Shown: piece after piece, positions 26,339-34,848 of the stretch
Layout of the letters: each line of letters starts with the position of its first letter
Numbering within the stretch: position 1 is the stretch's first letter
Origin: Actinomycetota bacterium
GTDB lineage: Bacteria; Actinomycetota; Geothermincolia; Geothermincolales; RBG-13-55-18
Length of the DNA: 64,000 nt
NCBI GenBank assembly: GCA_015711955.1
Contig: JACVJK010000001.1
Location: forward strand, 2,966 to 66,965
Reading direction: 5' to 3'
Made by a program: the position numbers and the translations under genes
Notes under the pieces: generated by a model
Told to the model about the DNA's origin: nothing
Database searches by the model: none
Seen by the model: only the letters and a program-made list of their open reading frames with translations

Positions 26339-27460
26339 TCAGGATCCCTCCCCGGCCGACCTCCTCAATGCCGCTATTAGCCGTTCGTTTTGGGCTTCGT
26401 CTCCTATCGTGATCCTCACGTGGCCGGGGACTCCAAGGGCGGTACCATCCCGCACGATAACCCCCTGCCTGAGTAACCTCTCGGAAAGATCTCCCCATCC
26501 CGGGTCCTTCACCAAGATGAAGTTGGCATGGGACGGCACGTATTCGAGGCCCAGCTCATCCAAGACCGCGCAGACTTGCCTCTTTCCCTTTTTGTTAGCC
26601 TCTCGGGACCTTAAGACGTGTTGTTCATCCTCTAACGCGGCCAGTGCAGCCACTTGAGCGATGCGATTCACGTTAAAGGGAAGTTTTACCTTTTCCAGGA
26701 TCTCCCTCACAGAGGGAGAGCAAATCGCATATCCCACCCGCAACCCGGCCAAACCGTAAACCTTGGAGAAGGTCCTGGCGATCAGGAGATTGGGATTTTC
26801 TTCCAAGTATTTGAGGGAGTCCCAAAAGAAGTCTTCCTCCACATATTCTATGTAGGCCTCATCCAACACCACCAGGCAGTTTCCCACCACCCTGTTCAAC
26901 AAATAGACCAATTCCTCCTCCTCGACCAAGGTGCCGGTGGGGTTGTGGGGAGAACAGAGAAAGACAGCCTTGCAGTGGGGTCCCACCGCGTTCGCCATGG
27001 ATTCCACGTCCTGGCGGTAATCGCGCAAGGGCACACGGATCACCCTTGCCCCCATGGTGAGGGCAGCCAGCTCGTAGGAGGAAAAGGTGGGGTCTCCCAA
27101 CACCACCTCGTCCCCCCGCTCCAGGAAGGCATAGGCCAGCAGGTCGAATACCTCGTCCGCTCCATGACCCACCAGCACGTTCTCCGGCCCGAGGCCCAGC
27201 TTTCCCGCTATGGCCTCTCGCAGCTGCGTGCAGACGGGGTCGGGATACAGGTTCACGGTGGAAAGCGAGCGTGCCATGGCCTCCACTGCCTTAGGGGAAG
27301 GCCCCAGCGGGTTCTCGTTGGAGGCCATTTTGACGCAGTCCGCGATGCCGTATTCCCTGGCCACCTGCTCTGGTGACTTACCGGGACTGTACACCGGAAG
27401 GTCGAGGACCTCTCTTCTGGCCAGCTTTCTGGGATCAAATTCCATCGTTACCATGGACAT
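26339..27460 (-). CDS. hisC: Histidinol-phosphate aminotransferase
   Basis: MASNENPLGPSPKA signature, PLP lysine context, NPTG. Start chosen at MSMVTMEFDP. It overlaps the upstream metallophosphoesterase stop, suggesting translational coupling. Confidence 0.85.
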   Translation of the reverse strand: MSMVTMEFDPRKLARREVLDLPVYSPGKSPEQVAREYGIADCVKMASNENPLGPSPKAVEAMARSLSTVNLYPDPVCTQLREAIAGKLGLGPENVLVGHGADEVFDLLAYAFLERGDEVVLGDPTFSSYELAALTMGARVIRVPLRDYRQDVESMANAVGPHCKAVFLCSPHNPTGTLVEEEELVYLLNRVVGNCLVVLDEAYIEYVEEDFFWDSLKYLEENPNLLIARTFSKVYGLAGLRVGYAICSPSVREILEKVKLPFNVNRIAQVAALAALEDEQHVLRSREANKKGKRQVCAVLDELGLEYVPSHANFILVKDPGWGDLSERLLRQGVIVRDGTALGVPGHVRITIGDEAQNERLIAALRRSAGEGS

Positions 27461-28217
27461 GCACGTATCCCTGTCGCTTGAAATACCCCACATTTATCAC
27501 CTTGGTCTTGCCCAGCATACCCCCCCTTCTCCGGGGCTGATGAACATGGCCGTGGTAATGATGCCCGGGGGCGTGCTGCTTGAGATAGGTCAGTATTCCC
27601 GAGCTTCCTATCACCGGCCTTCCTGCCACCACGTCGTGGACGAAATCGTCCACCTGCGGTGGCACGTGGGTGCATAGTACGTCCACCGGACCCAGCTCCT
27701 CCAGCTTCCTGGAAAACTCTTCCTCGCCCATCTCCGCCGGCATCTTGAAAGGGGAGAAAACAGCCCCCGACACGAACCCGAAGGTCAGGCCTTCGATTTC
27801 CACCCTTCCCTCAGCCATCACTATGCCTTCCCGGCCCCTCAACGCATCCTTGAGCACCTCCGGTAGGTCCCCGTTGCCGTATATCACGTAAGCACTGCAG
27901 CCAATGCTCTCCAAGACCTCCGCGAACTGGTTGTACTGTTCCCACACCCTCTCCTGGAGCAGTGAAAACTTGCTCCCTTGAGGGGACATGATCTCCTCTT
28001 TAAGGGCGGCGGCGGCCTCGGGTCCACCGGCCAACGCCTCCCTGACCTTGGCGATGAACGCCTCCCTCCCCAACACCTCGGGTAGGATACCGCTCACGTC
28101 GGACCAGTCCACCAAATCCAGGATGTCCCCCAACACGAGAAGCACGTCCGACGACCCCACCGCCTCTCGTAGCCCATCGAACCTTCCATGGGGGTCAGCT
28201 ATGAGTTTTATGGCCAT
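27435..28217 (-). CDS. Calcineurin-like metallophosphoesterase
   Basis: DPHG (motif I), GDILD (II), YGNGD (III, His replaced by Gly), GHVH (GHxH). About 260 aa, cytoplasmic. The start MAIKLIADPHG overlaps the GGDEF gene stop. Confidence 0.8.
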   Translation of the reverse strand: MAIKLIADPHGRFDGLREAVGSSDVLLVLGDILDLVDWSDVSGILPEVLGREAFIAKVREALAGGPEAAAALKEEIMSPQGSKFSLLQERVWEQYNQFAEVLESIGCSAYVIYGNGDLPEVLKDALRGREGIVMAEGRVEIEGLTFGFVSGAVFSPFKMPAEMGEEEFSRKLEELGPVDVLCTHVPPQVDDFVHDVVAGRPVIGSSGILTYLKQHAPGHHYHGHVHQPRRRGGMLGKTKVINVGYFKRQGYVHVHGNDGI

Positions 28218-29148
28218 CGCCTTCCTCCCCCGAGATTCCATAGACGAATATGTAACCCGGTGGAACCTCCCTTGACCTCCGGAGGGCCTCCGCTGCGGCG
28301 TTATACAGCTTCTCCGGCATCCTGACCTCCTCAGGGAAGGATGCCACTCCCCAACGGATCTCCGGCGGTTCCACCTCCGGAAGGAGTGGGGGAAGGAAAC
28401 GCATCAGATAACGGGTGAGCCTTTCGGCCATCACCTTGGCTCCCGTCCAACCCGTCTCCGGCAGAAGGATCGCGAAGTTGCCCTCGCCCAGCCTGGCCGT
28501 CACGTCACAGTCCCGGGTCAGGCGAGAAAGGGCATCCGCCACGTAACACAGCAATTTCTCCGCCGCTTCTTGACCCTCGGCCTGGCTCAAATGGGTGTAG
28601 TTGGTTATCTCCATCATGCACAAGGAGATCTCCCTCTCGTAGCGTACCGCCCGCCGGAGCTCCTCGATCAGCCGCCCTTGGAAATAACTTCGGTTGTAAA
28701 GTCGAGTGACCGGGTCCCGCAAGGGGTTCTCGCTGATCTCCCGGGACACCTCATAATGGTAAGACGCCGCCGCCGCCTGCATCACCAGGTCAAGGCAGCC
28801 GTTCACCCTCCTTTCCAGGTCGAAATCAACCACCTTCCCCAGCTCGACCTTTTCCCGGAAAAGGGTCCAGAACTCGTTGCGGAGGATGATGTGTTCCTGC
28901 ACCAGCTCTTCTATGGAAAAATCCTGCTTTTTCCGTATACCGCCCAGTTCTCTGGCCGCCTTGAGTAAATCCTCGCCGTCGTCCTTCTCCCCCTCCGCCT
29001 CCGCCACCAGCAGGAGGCCCCGGACGATCCTCCTCATCCGCTCTCCCGCCTCTCCCCCCGTGACCTCGGCGTGAGCCGGAAGGGGAAGGCGCCGAAGCTC
29101 CGCCGTCCACCTGGCGAACAAATCCTCTTCCAGTGAGTGTAAATCCAA
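28195..29148 (-). CDS. GGDEF-domain protein with degenerate active site (GEGNF) and intact RxxD I-site; N-terminal domain unknown
   Basis: C-terminal RLYNRSYFQGRL...LTRDCDVTARLGEGNFAILLP. This aligns to RxxD-x4-R-x-GG[DE]EF with the catalytic GG[DE]EF replaced by GEGNF. 317 aa. Confidence 0.75.
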   Translation of the reverse strand: MDLHSLEEDLFARWTAELRRLPLPAHAEVTGGEAGERMRRIVRGLLLVAEAEGEKDDGEDLLKAARELGGIRKKQDFSIEELVQEHIILRNEFWTLFREKVELGKVVDFDLERRVNGCLDLVMQAAAASYHYEVSREISENPLRDPVTRLYNRSYFQGRLIEELRRAVRYEREISLCMMEITNYTHLSQAEGQEAAEKLLCYVADALSRLTRDCDVTARLGEGNFAILLPETGWTGAKVMAERLTRYLMRFLPPLLPEVEPPEIRWGVASFPEEVRMPEKLYNAAAEALRRSREVPPGYIFVYGISGEEGDGHKTHS

Positions 29149-29179
29149 TTTGACTCCCTTCCTGGACCTCCGGCGTTTA

Positions 29180-30061
29180 TCAGCGGACTATGATCTTGGT
29201 GATGGGTATTTCCAGTATGTCCTCCGCACCCCTTTTGACCAATTCCGGGATGAGGGTGTTGATGCCCTTTTTCTCCACCACGCTCTCCACCGCGTAAAAA
29301 CCTTCCTGATATAGGCGGCTCAGGGTGGGGGCCTTCAAAGAGGGAAGCACCCCCATCACCTCGGTCAATCTCTCTTCCTTGACGTTGAACTTCAAAAGTA
29401 CCTTGCCCCTGGCCAGGAGAGCTCCCTGAACCAGGATCCTTATCTCCTCCATAAGCTGTCTTTTTTCCGGATCGGCGTAGCTCTCCCGGTTGGCCACCAG
29501 ACGAGTGGTGGACTCCAATATGGTGTCTATGATCCGAAGGCCGTGCTTCCTGAGGGTCCCGCCCGTCTCAGTCAACTCGGCCACGGCGTCGGCGATCTCG
29601 GGGACCTTGGCCTCGGTGGCCCCGTAAGAAAGGTAAACCCTGGCTTTTTTTCCCAATCTTTCAAAATATTCCCTGACCAGGTTGGGGTATTCCGTGGAAA
29701 CCCGGACCCCCTCGGGAAGATCTTGTGGCGTCCGGTAGGGGGAGTCTCCCGCCACCGCCAAAACAATCCTCACCACGGTGCCCACAGCGGTCTTGGTGTA
29801 GGGAAGGTCCGCCACCTCCACCACGTCCGCTCCCGTCTCCCGGATCCAGTCGTAACCGGTGATGCCCAGGTCGAAAAAGCCCTCCTCCACGTATTTGGGA
29901 ATCTCTTGAGGGCGGAGTATCCGCACCTCTGAGATCCTGGGGTCTTCGATGCGAGCGTGGTATTCCCGGTCGCCGCTCCTCCTCACCTCGAGATCGGCGT
30001 CCCTGAAAAGCTCCAACGTGGTGGTCTCCAGGCTCCCTTTGGGTAATACCAGCTTCAGCAT
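29180..30061 (-). CDS. hisG: ATP phosphoribosyltransferase, long form with C-terminal regulatory domain
   Basis: MLKLVLPKGSLETTTLELF...RILRPQEIPKYVEEGFFDLGITGYDW... 293 aa, the HisZ-independent long type. Confidence 0.9.
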   Translation of the reverse strand: MLKLVLPKGSLETTTLELFRDADLEVRRSGDREYHARIEDPRISEVRILRPQEIPKYVEEGFFDLGITGYDWIRETGADVVEVADLPYTKTAVGTVVRIVLAVAGDSPYRTPQDLPEGVRVSTEYPNLVREYFERLGKKARVYLSYGATEAKVPEIADAVAELTETGGTLRKHGLRIIDTILESTTRLVANRESYADPEKRQLMEEIRILVQGALLARGKVLLKFNVKEERLTEVMGVLPSLKAPTLSRLYQEGFYAVESVVEKKGINTLIPELVKRGAEDILEIPITKIIVR

Positions 30062-30096
30062 GTGTTCCTACCTTTCCTCCGTCGGCTCTTCCATGA

Positions 30097-30540
30097 CTAC
30101 TCCAGCGGGAACTCCTCCCTCTCCTTGGTCTCCCTGCCGTAGGGGTCGGATATGCGGAAGGTGTCGTCCTCGCTGGTGAAACCGATGTCTATCTCCAACA
30201 CCCTTCCCCTCTTGCCCAGGGATCTGATCTTGTGTTTTCTTTCGGCGGGCACGGTGAACTCGTCGCCCTCCCGAGGATAATACACCTCGTCCCCTATGGT
30301 AACCTCCAAACCGTCGTCCAGTATCACCCACACGTCGTCCCGGAGCTTGTGATAATGAAGGCTGGTCTCCTGACCGGGCTCCACCGTGATGAGTTTGACC
30401 GTGCAAGGCTGGTTGAGGGTGATGGCCTTTATAACGCCCCAAGGTTTCTTAAGGAGCATGCGCACCACTTCCTTTTTGAGGAAAAACCCTCCCTTTGAAG
30501 GAAAAGGATACCATAAAGGTCGACGCATTTCCCCGTCCAT
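30097..30540 (-). CDS. Cupin-domain protein (mannose-6-phosphate isomerase C-terminal-like)
   Basis: PWGV...GQETSLHYHKLRDDVWVILDG...YYPREGDEFTVPAERKHKI, the two-His cupin motif pair. The start may be the internal MLLKKPWG. Confidence 0.6.
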   Translation of the reverse strand: MDGEMRRPLWYPFPSKGGFFLKKEVVRMLLKKPWGVIKAITLNQPCTVKLITVEPGQETSLHYHKLRDDVWVILDDGLEVTIGDEVYYPREGDEFTVPAERKHKIRSLGKRGRVLEIDIGFTSEDDTFRISDPYGRETKEREEFPLE

Positions 30541-30670
30541 CGAAGCTGGTCATCCTCGCGGGGGAGCGGGGCAGGGGTGACGAAGATAAACGAAAACCGC
30601 CTGGCTCAACTGCTTAAGCGAAAGCTCCGAGAGACCACGGATGCCAAGCAAGCAAACCCCTTTTTACTCC

Positions 30671-31597
30671 TCATCGAGATTCCCCCACATCGGCCGCGGT
30701 CACCAGCCAATTCAAGAACCTCTCCCTGCCAGATCCCAGCTCAGCGTGGCCCGCGTCGTCGACCCAGAGGAGTTCCGCTTTGTTCCGAAGCGACCGCAAC
30801 AGGCTCTGCAGATCCTCTTGGGGGTAAAACATCTCCTTTCCCCCATGGACCACCAACAACGGCTTATCCTCAGGGTAAGTGACGGCCAAATCCAACGGGG
30901 CCGGTCCCCGGAGAGCCCCGCCGGAGAAACGAGCTCCCATTCCCCGCAAAAACAGGAACCATAAAGGGAGCCATCGCCTTCGGAACCCGATGTCGGGGAA
31001 GCGGGGTGGCATCCCCACCACAGCCAGGGCGTCCAACATATCGGGCTTTTGGCAGGCCAACGCGAAGGCGGCCATGCCGCCCAGTGAAAAACCTACCGCT
31101 CCCACCCAACGATAGCCCAAGCCGCGCACCAGACGGACCACCGCCTCCAGGTCGGCTACGGGCCCTTCCAGGCCCCGTTCCAGGTCCAACACCCCCGCGC
31201 TGTCCCCGTGACCCCGAAAATCTAAGGTGAAGACGTCGAAATGGCAGGTCATCTCCTCCGCCAGCTCCACCAGAGGTTCGTATCGCCGCCCTGTGACCGC
31301 GGGGTGAGCCATCACCACCGCCTGGTCGGACTCTTTGCCGCCCCTTCTCGGGATATGGGTCACCGCTATCTCGACCCCGTCCCGAGCTGCGACCCTCATA
31401 TCCCTGAAGGGTATCCGGGGGTCTCGACGGGGCATCAGCGAGCGCAGGTAGACGACAGCGCAGGCAATCGACGCCGTCGGGAGGAGAAAAACGGAGAGAA
31501 GCTCCCACAACCGAGGTCTCGTGCGGCTGGGTTTGTCCCACTTCCTCACCACCGCTGGGCCGATCCCCTCAACCTTCCCCTTCGATCTCTTTCCCAT
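30671..31597 (-). CDS. Alpha/beta-fold hydrolase, membrane-anchored
   Basis: N-terminal transmembrane segment, HGDS, GFSLGG nucleophile elbow, and the C-terminal HGGKE...DAGH catalytic His region. 308 aa. Confidence 0.75.
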   Translation of the reverse strand: MGKRSKGKVEGIGPAVVRKWDKPSRTRPRLWELLSVFLLPTASIACAVVYLRSLMPRRDPRIPFRDMRVAARDGVEIAVTHIPRRGGKESDQAVVMAHPAVTGRRYEPLVELAEEMTCHFDVFTLDFRGHGDSAGVLDLERGLEGPVADLEAVVRLVRGLGYRWVGAVGFSLGGMAAFALACQKPDMLDALAVVGMPPRFPDIGFRRRWLPLWFLFLRGMGARFSGGALRGPAPLDLAVTYPEDKPLLVVHGGKEMFYPQEDLQSLLRSLRNKAELLWVDDAGHAELGSGRERFLNWLVTAADVGESR

Positions 31598-32078
31598 CCC
31601 CGTTTTCGCTTCCGCATTCCTTGGAACGGGAGAGCATTCCCATACGGCCGGTCAAGGAGTCGGCGAAATGCTTGATGACCCTCAAAAAGGTCTCCGCCTC
31701 CTCGTGGCTCAACTCCCCCAGTATGGAGGATATGGTGCGGGCTTGAAGCCCCTCCACCGTCATCACCAACTCCTCTCCTTTTGGCGTTAGCTCTAAATAA
31801 GTGTTTCTCCGATCCGAGGAGTCTTTGTTCTTCTTGACCAGGCCTTGTCTGAGAAGGTGATTGGCCATCCTGCTGGTGGTGGGCATGGACACCAACATCC
31901 TGCTGCTCAGGTCGGAGATCTTCAAAGGACCGGCCTTGCTCAAGTGGAGGAGCATGTGGAACTGCTGGAAGGTTATGCCGTATCTGGGAAGGTATTCGCG
32001 AAACACCGCGTGACGGCATCCCGCGATGCGATACAACTCCCTCATCAATTCGCTTGCCCTTCTGTCCAGCAAATCCAT
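31569..32078 (-). CDS. MarR-family transcriptional regulator
   Basis: ITFQQFHMLLHLSKAGPLKISDLSSRMLVSMPTTSRMANHLLRQGLVKKNKDSSDRRNTYLELTPKG, a winged helix-turn-helix of MarR type. Divergent from the GH3/MFS genes. Confidence 0.8.
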   Translation of the reverse strand: MDLLDRRASELMRELYRIAGCRHAVFREYLPRYGITFQQFHMLLHLSKAGPLKISDLSSRMLVSMPTTSRMANHLLRQGLVKKNKDSSDRRNTYLELTPKGEELVMTVEGLQARTISSILGELSHEEAETFLRVIKHFADSLTGRMGMLSRSKECGSENGDGKEIEGEG

Positions 32079-32314
32079 GAGCTAATTTTAATGTATACGT
32101 CCTCCTGTAAGGGAACGGGGTCCAAGGGGCGCGGGGCAATGGGGCGTCAGACCGTTTTGAGAACCTAAAGCCGCTCTGCACAAACATCAGCGAAAACCCG
32201 ACCATGGCCTGAATCGAGCGGCAAGGACCACCGGGATATTTATGGAAAAAATACGGTGAACACGTTACTCACGAAGTTTTAGGTCTCATATGAAGCGGAA
32301 GTCCCGCCTTCACC

Positions 32315-32426
32315 GGAAGCGGCCACGTTCGGGAGGTGGATCAGGGGCAATGGGTCTTCTTGGCCAATTGCAGTGGGGAAGGGAAAAGGGGGAAGCGGCC
32401 ACGTTCGGGAGGTGGATGAAGGGCAA
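32315..32426. repeat. Two 27-bp perfect direct repeats GGAAGCGGCCACGTTCGGGAGGTGGAT (32315-32341 and 32391-32417), each followed by NNAGGGGCAA; 76-bp period, about 110 bp upstream of the GH3 gene
   Basis: Seen directly in the sequence. It lies in the divergent MarR/GH3 intergenic region. Confidence 0.8.
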
Positions 32427-32538
32427 ACCGGGCTTGCCCGGAACCGCAAACCGTCCTCAGGGGCCTCTACCCACTCCGGTTTTGGACATGGGAAGAAGAT
32501 CCGTGAATCGAAGAGGATAAGAACGTAAGGAGGCGGAG

Positions 32539-34626
32539 GTGGTGAAGTTGCCTCGAGAGGAATACCTGCGAACCCTTTGGCAAAAGGCGGTGGATTCCAG
32601 GGCCGAGGAGAGGGAAAGGGTCATTTCGGTACTTACCACCTCCATGAGTTTGGAGGAAAAGGTCCATCAAATGCACGGTACCATGTCCGTGGGGGAGATG
32701 TTTGTATCCGTGTTCCGTTACAACCTCCGGCCTTTCCGGGCCGGTGAAGACCCGGTTATCGGTATCCCTCCCCTACTTTTCACTGACGGACCCCGGGGCA
32801 TAGCGGTGGGGAGATCCACTTGCTTCCCGGTGAGCATGGCCCGGGGTGCCTCCTTCGACCCGGACCTGGAGGAAAGGATAGGGCGTGCCATGGGAAGGGA
32901 GGCCCGGGCCCGGGGAGCCAACATGGTGGGAGCCCCCTGCGTAAACCTTCTCCGCCATCCCGGATGGGGACGAGCCCAGGAGACCTATGGCGAGGATCCC
33001 TATCACGTGGGGGAAATGGGGGCGGCATTGGTAAGAGGGCTCCAGGAGGAGGTCATGGCCTGCCCTAAGCATTTCGCCTGCAACAGCATCGAGGAATCGC
33101 GTTTCCACGTGAACGTGGTGGTGGACGAGAGGACGCTTCGGGAGGTCTACCTCCCCCACTTCCGCCACTGCGTGGATCACGGGGCGCACTGCATCATGAG
33201 CGCCTACAATCGGGTGAACGGCGATTACTGTGCCCACAACCGCCACCTGCTCAGGGACATCTTGAAAGGTGAGTGGGGCTTTCAAGGCATCGTGATGTCC
33301 GACTTCGTGCTGGGCACCCGGGACACCGAGAAGGCTCTCCTGGGAGGTCTAGACGTGGAGATGCCCCAGGGCTTCCATTACGGTCACAGGCTGATCCGGG
33401 CGGTGAGGCGGGGCAGATTGCCAGAAAGGCTGGTGGACGAGGCAGTACGGCGCATCCTGTGGGTAAAAGCGGAATACTTCTCCAAGGTGGCCGGCCGACC
33501 CGCGCCGGTGAAGCCCTCCGAACTCCTTCACCGGGAGTTGGCGCTGGAGTCCGCCCGTAAGGGAATGGTCTTGCTAAAAAACGAAGGAGGCGCCCTGCCC
33601 CTTCCTCGGGGCGAGACAAGGCGCATAGCCGTGGTGGGGAAGCTGGCGGCGGTGCCCAACCTGGGCGACATGGGAAGCAGTCGGGTGCGTCCACCTTACA
33701 CGGTCACACCCCTGGAAGGGATAACGGCCATGGCCTCGTCCGGTTCGGAGGTGGCGTACTGCGACGGAAGTGATTTGGGAGAGGTGAGGAGGCTTTCCGC
33801 CTGGGCCGATGCCTGCGTGGTGGTGGTGGGCCTCACCCATCGTCAGGAAGGGGAGTACATGCTCCCTCTCCCGGAAACCCTCAAAGTGGGAGGGGACCGC
33901 GAGGACCTTGACTTGCCCGCGCCCTGGGAGGAGGTGGTCTTGGCGGCGGCGCAGAACAACCGGCGCACTGTGGTGGCGCTAATGGGGGGCTCGGCCGTGA
34001 CCATGGAAAGATGGATAAATGAAGTCCCCGCCGTGATCATGGCATGGTATCCAGGCATGGAGGGTGGATGGGCCTTGGCGGAGGTCCTGTTCGGAACGGT
34101 GAACCCGGGCGGCAAGCTCCCCTTCTCCATACCCCGCTCCTCCGCCGCCCTTCCCTTCTTCCGCAGCAGGATCAGGGAGATCGCCTACGGCTATCTTCAC
34201 GGTTACCGTTGGCTGGATGCCCGTGGCCTTCCCACTCGCTTTCCCTTCGGCCACGGCCTCACCTACGCTGATTTCGAGCTCCGCAAGGCCCAGGTGAAAA
34301 CAGAGAGATGGGATGGCGCCTCTCCCTTGGAGGTGGAGGTGGAGGTGGAGAACCCCCATAACCTACCGGGAGACGAGGTGGTGCAAGTCTACGTGAGCGT
34401 ACCCCGCTCCCGGGTCATGAGGCCCCCTAAGGTCTTGGCTGGCTTTCGCAGGTTGAGCCTCCACCCGAGGGAGAGGGTGACGGTGAGTTTGGACATAGAT
34501 CCATCTCCCTTCACGTACTTCGACGAGGAAAGAGGGGAGATGACGCTGGAAAGGACGGAATACAGGATCTTGGTGGGCTTCTCATCCAAAAACCTGCGGG
34601 AAGCGGGTATCATCAACTTATACTGA
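32539..34626 (+). CDS. Glycoside hydrolase family 3 (beta-glucosidase/BglX-like)
   Basis: GFQGIVMSDF catalytic-nucleophile region, GH3 N- and C-terminal domains, and a C-terminal fibronectin-like domain. 695 aa. GTG start preceded by an AAGGAGG ribosome-binding site. Confidence 0.85.
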   Translation: MVKLPREEYLRTLWQKAVDSRAEERERVISVLTTSMSLEEKVHQMHGTMSVGEMFVSVFRYNLRPFRAGEDPVIGIPPLLFTDGPRGIAVGRSTCFPVSMARGASFDPDLEERIGRAMGREARARGANMVGAPCVNLLRHPGWGRAQETYGEDPYHVGEMGAALVRGLQEEVMACPKHFACNSIEESRFHVNVVVDERTLREVYLPHFRHCVDHGAHCIMSAYNRVNGDYCAHNRHLLRDILKGEWGFQGIVMSDFVLGTRDTEKALLGGLDVEMPQGFHYGHRLIRAVRRGRLPERLVDEAVRRILWVKAEYFSKVAGRPAPVKPSELLHRELALESARKGMVLLKNEGGALPLPRGETRRIAVVGKLAAVPNLGDMGSSRVRPPYTVTPLEGITAMASSGSEVAYCDGSDLGEVRRLSAWADACVVVVGLTHRQEGEYMLPLPETLKVGGDREDLDLPAPWEEVVLAAAQNNRRTVVALMGGSAVTMERWINEVPAVIMAWYPGMEGGWALAEVLFGTVNPGGKLPFSIPRSSAALPFFRSRIREIAYGYLHGYRWLDARGLPTRFPFGHGLTYADFELRKAQVKTERWDGASPLEVEVEVENPHNLPGDEVVQVYVSVPRSRVMRPPKVLAGFRRLSLHPRERVTVSLDIDPSPFTYFDEERGEMTLERTEYRILVGFSSKNLREAGIINLY

Positions 34627-34848
34627 CCTTTAGCCCCGTAAGGCCGTGACCCTCCCGGGTTCCCTCCGAGGTAATTGGCCGACTCTCCACGTGTTTCGGG
34701 ATTTCCCAGGCAAGGACCTCGCGGGAAGTGTAGAATAACCCTACCGCCGACGGCTAAAAGGCACCCGAAGCCACGGGTGGGATGTGCCCCAAAAGCTCGC
34801 GTTTAACATGGTTGGCAAGAGTTTGCGGTTCGTCTGGACAACTCGCCC

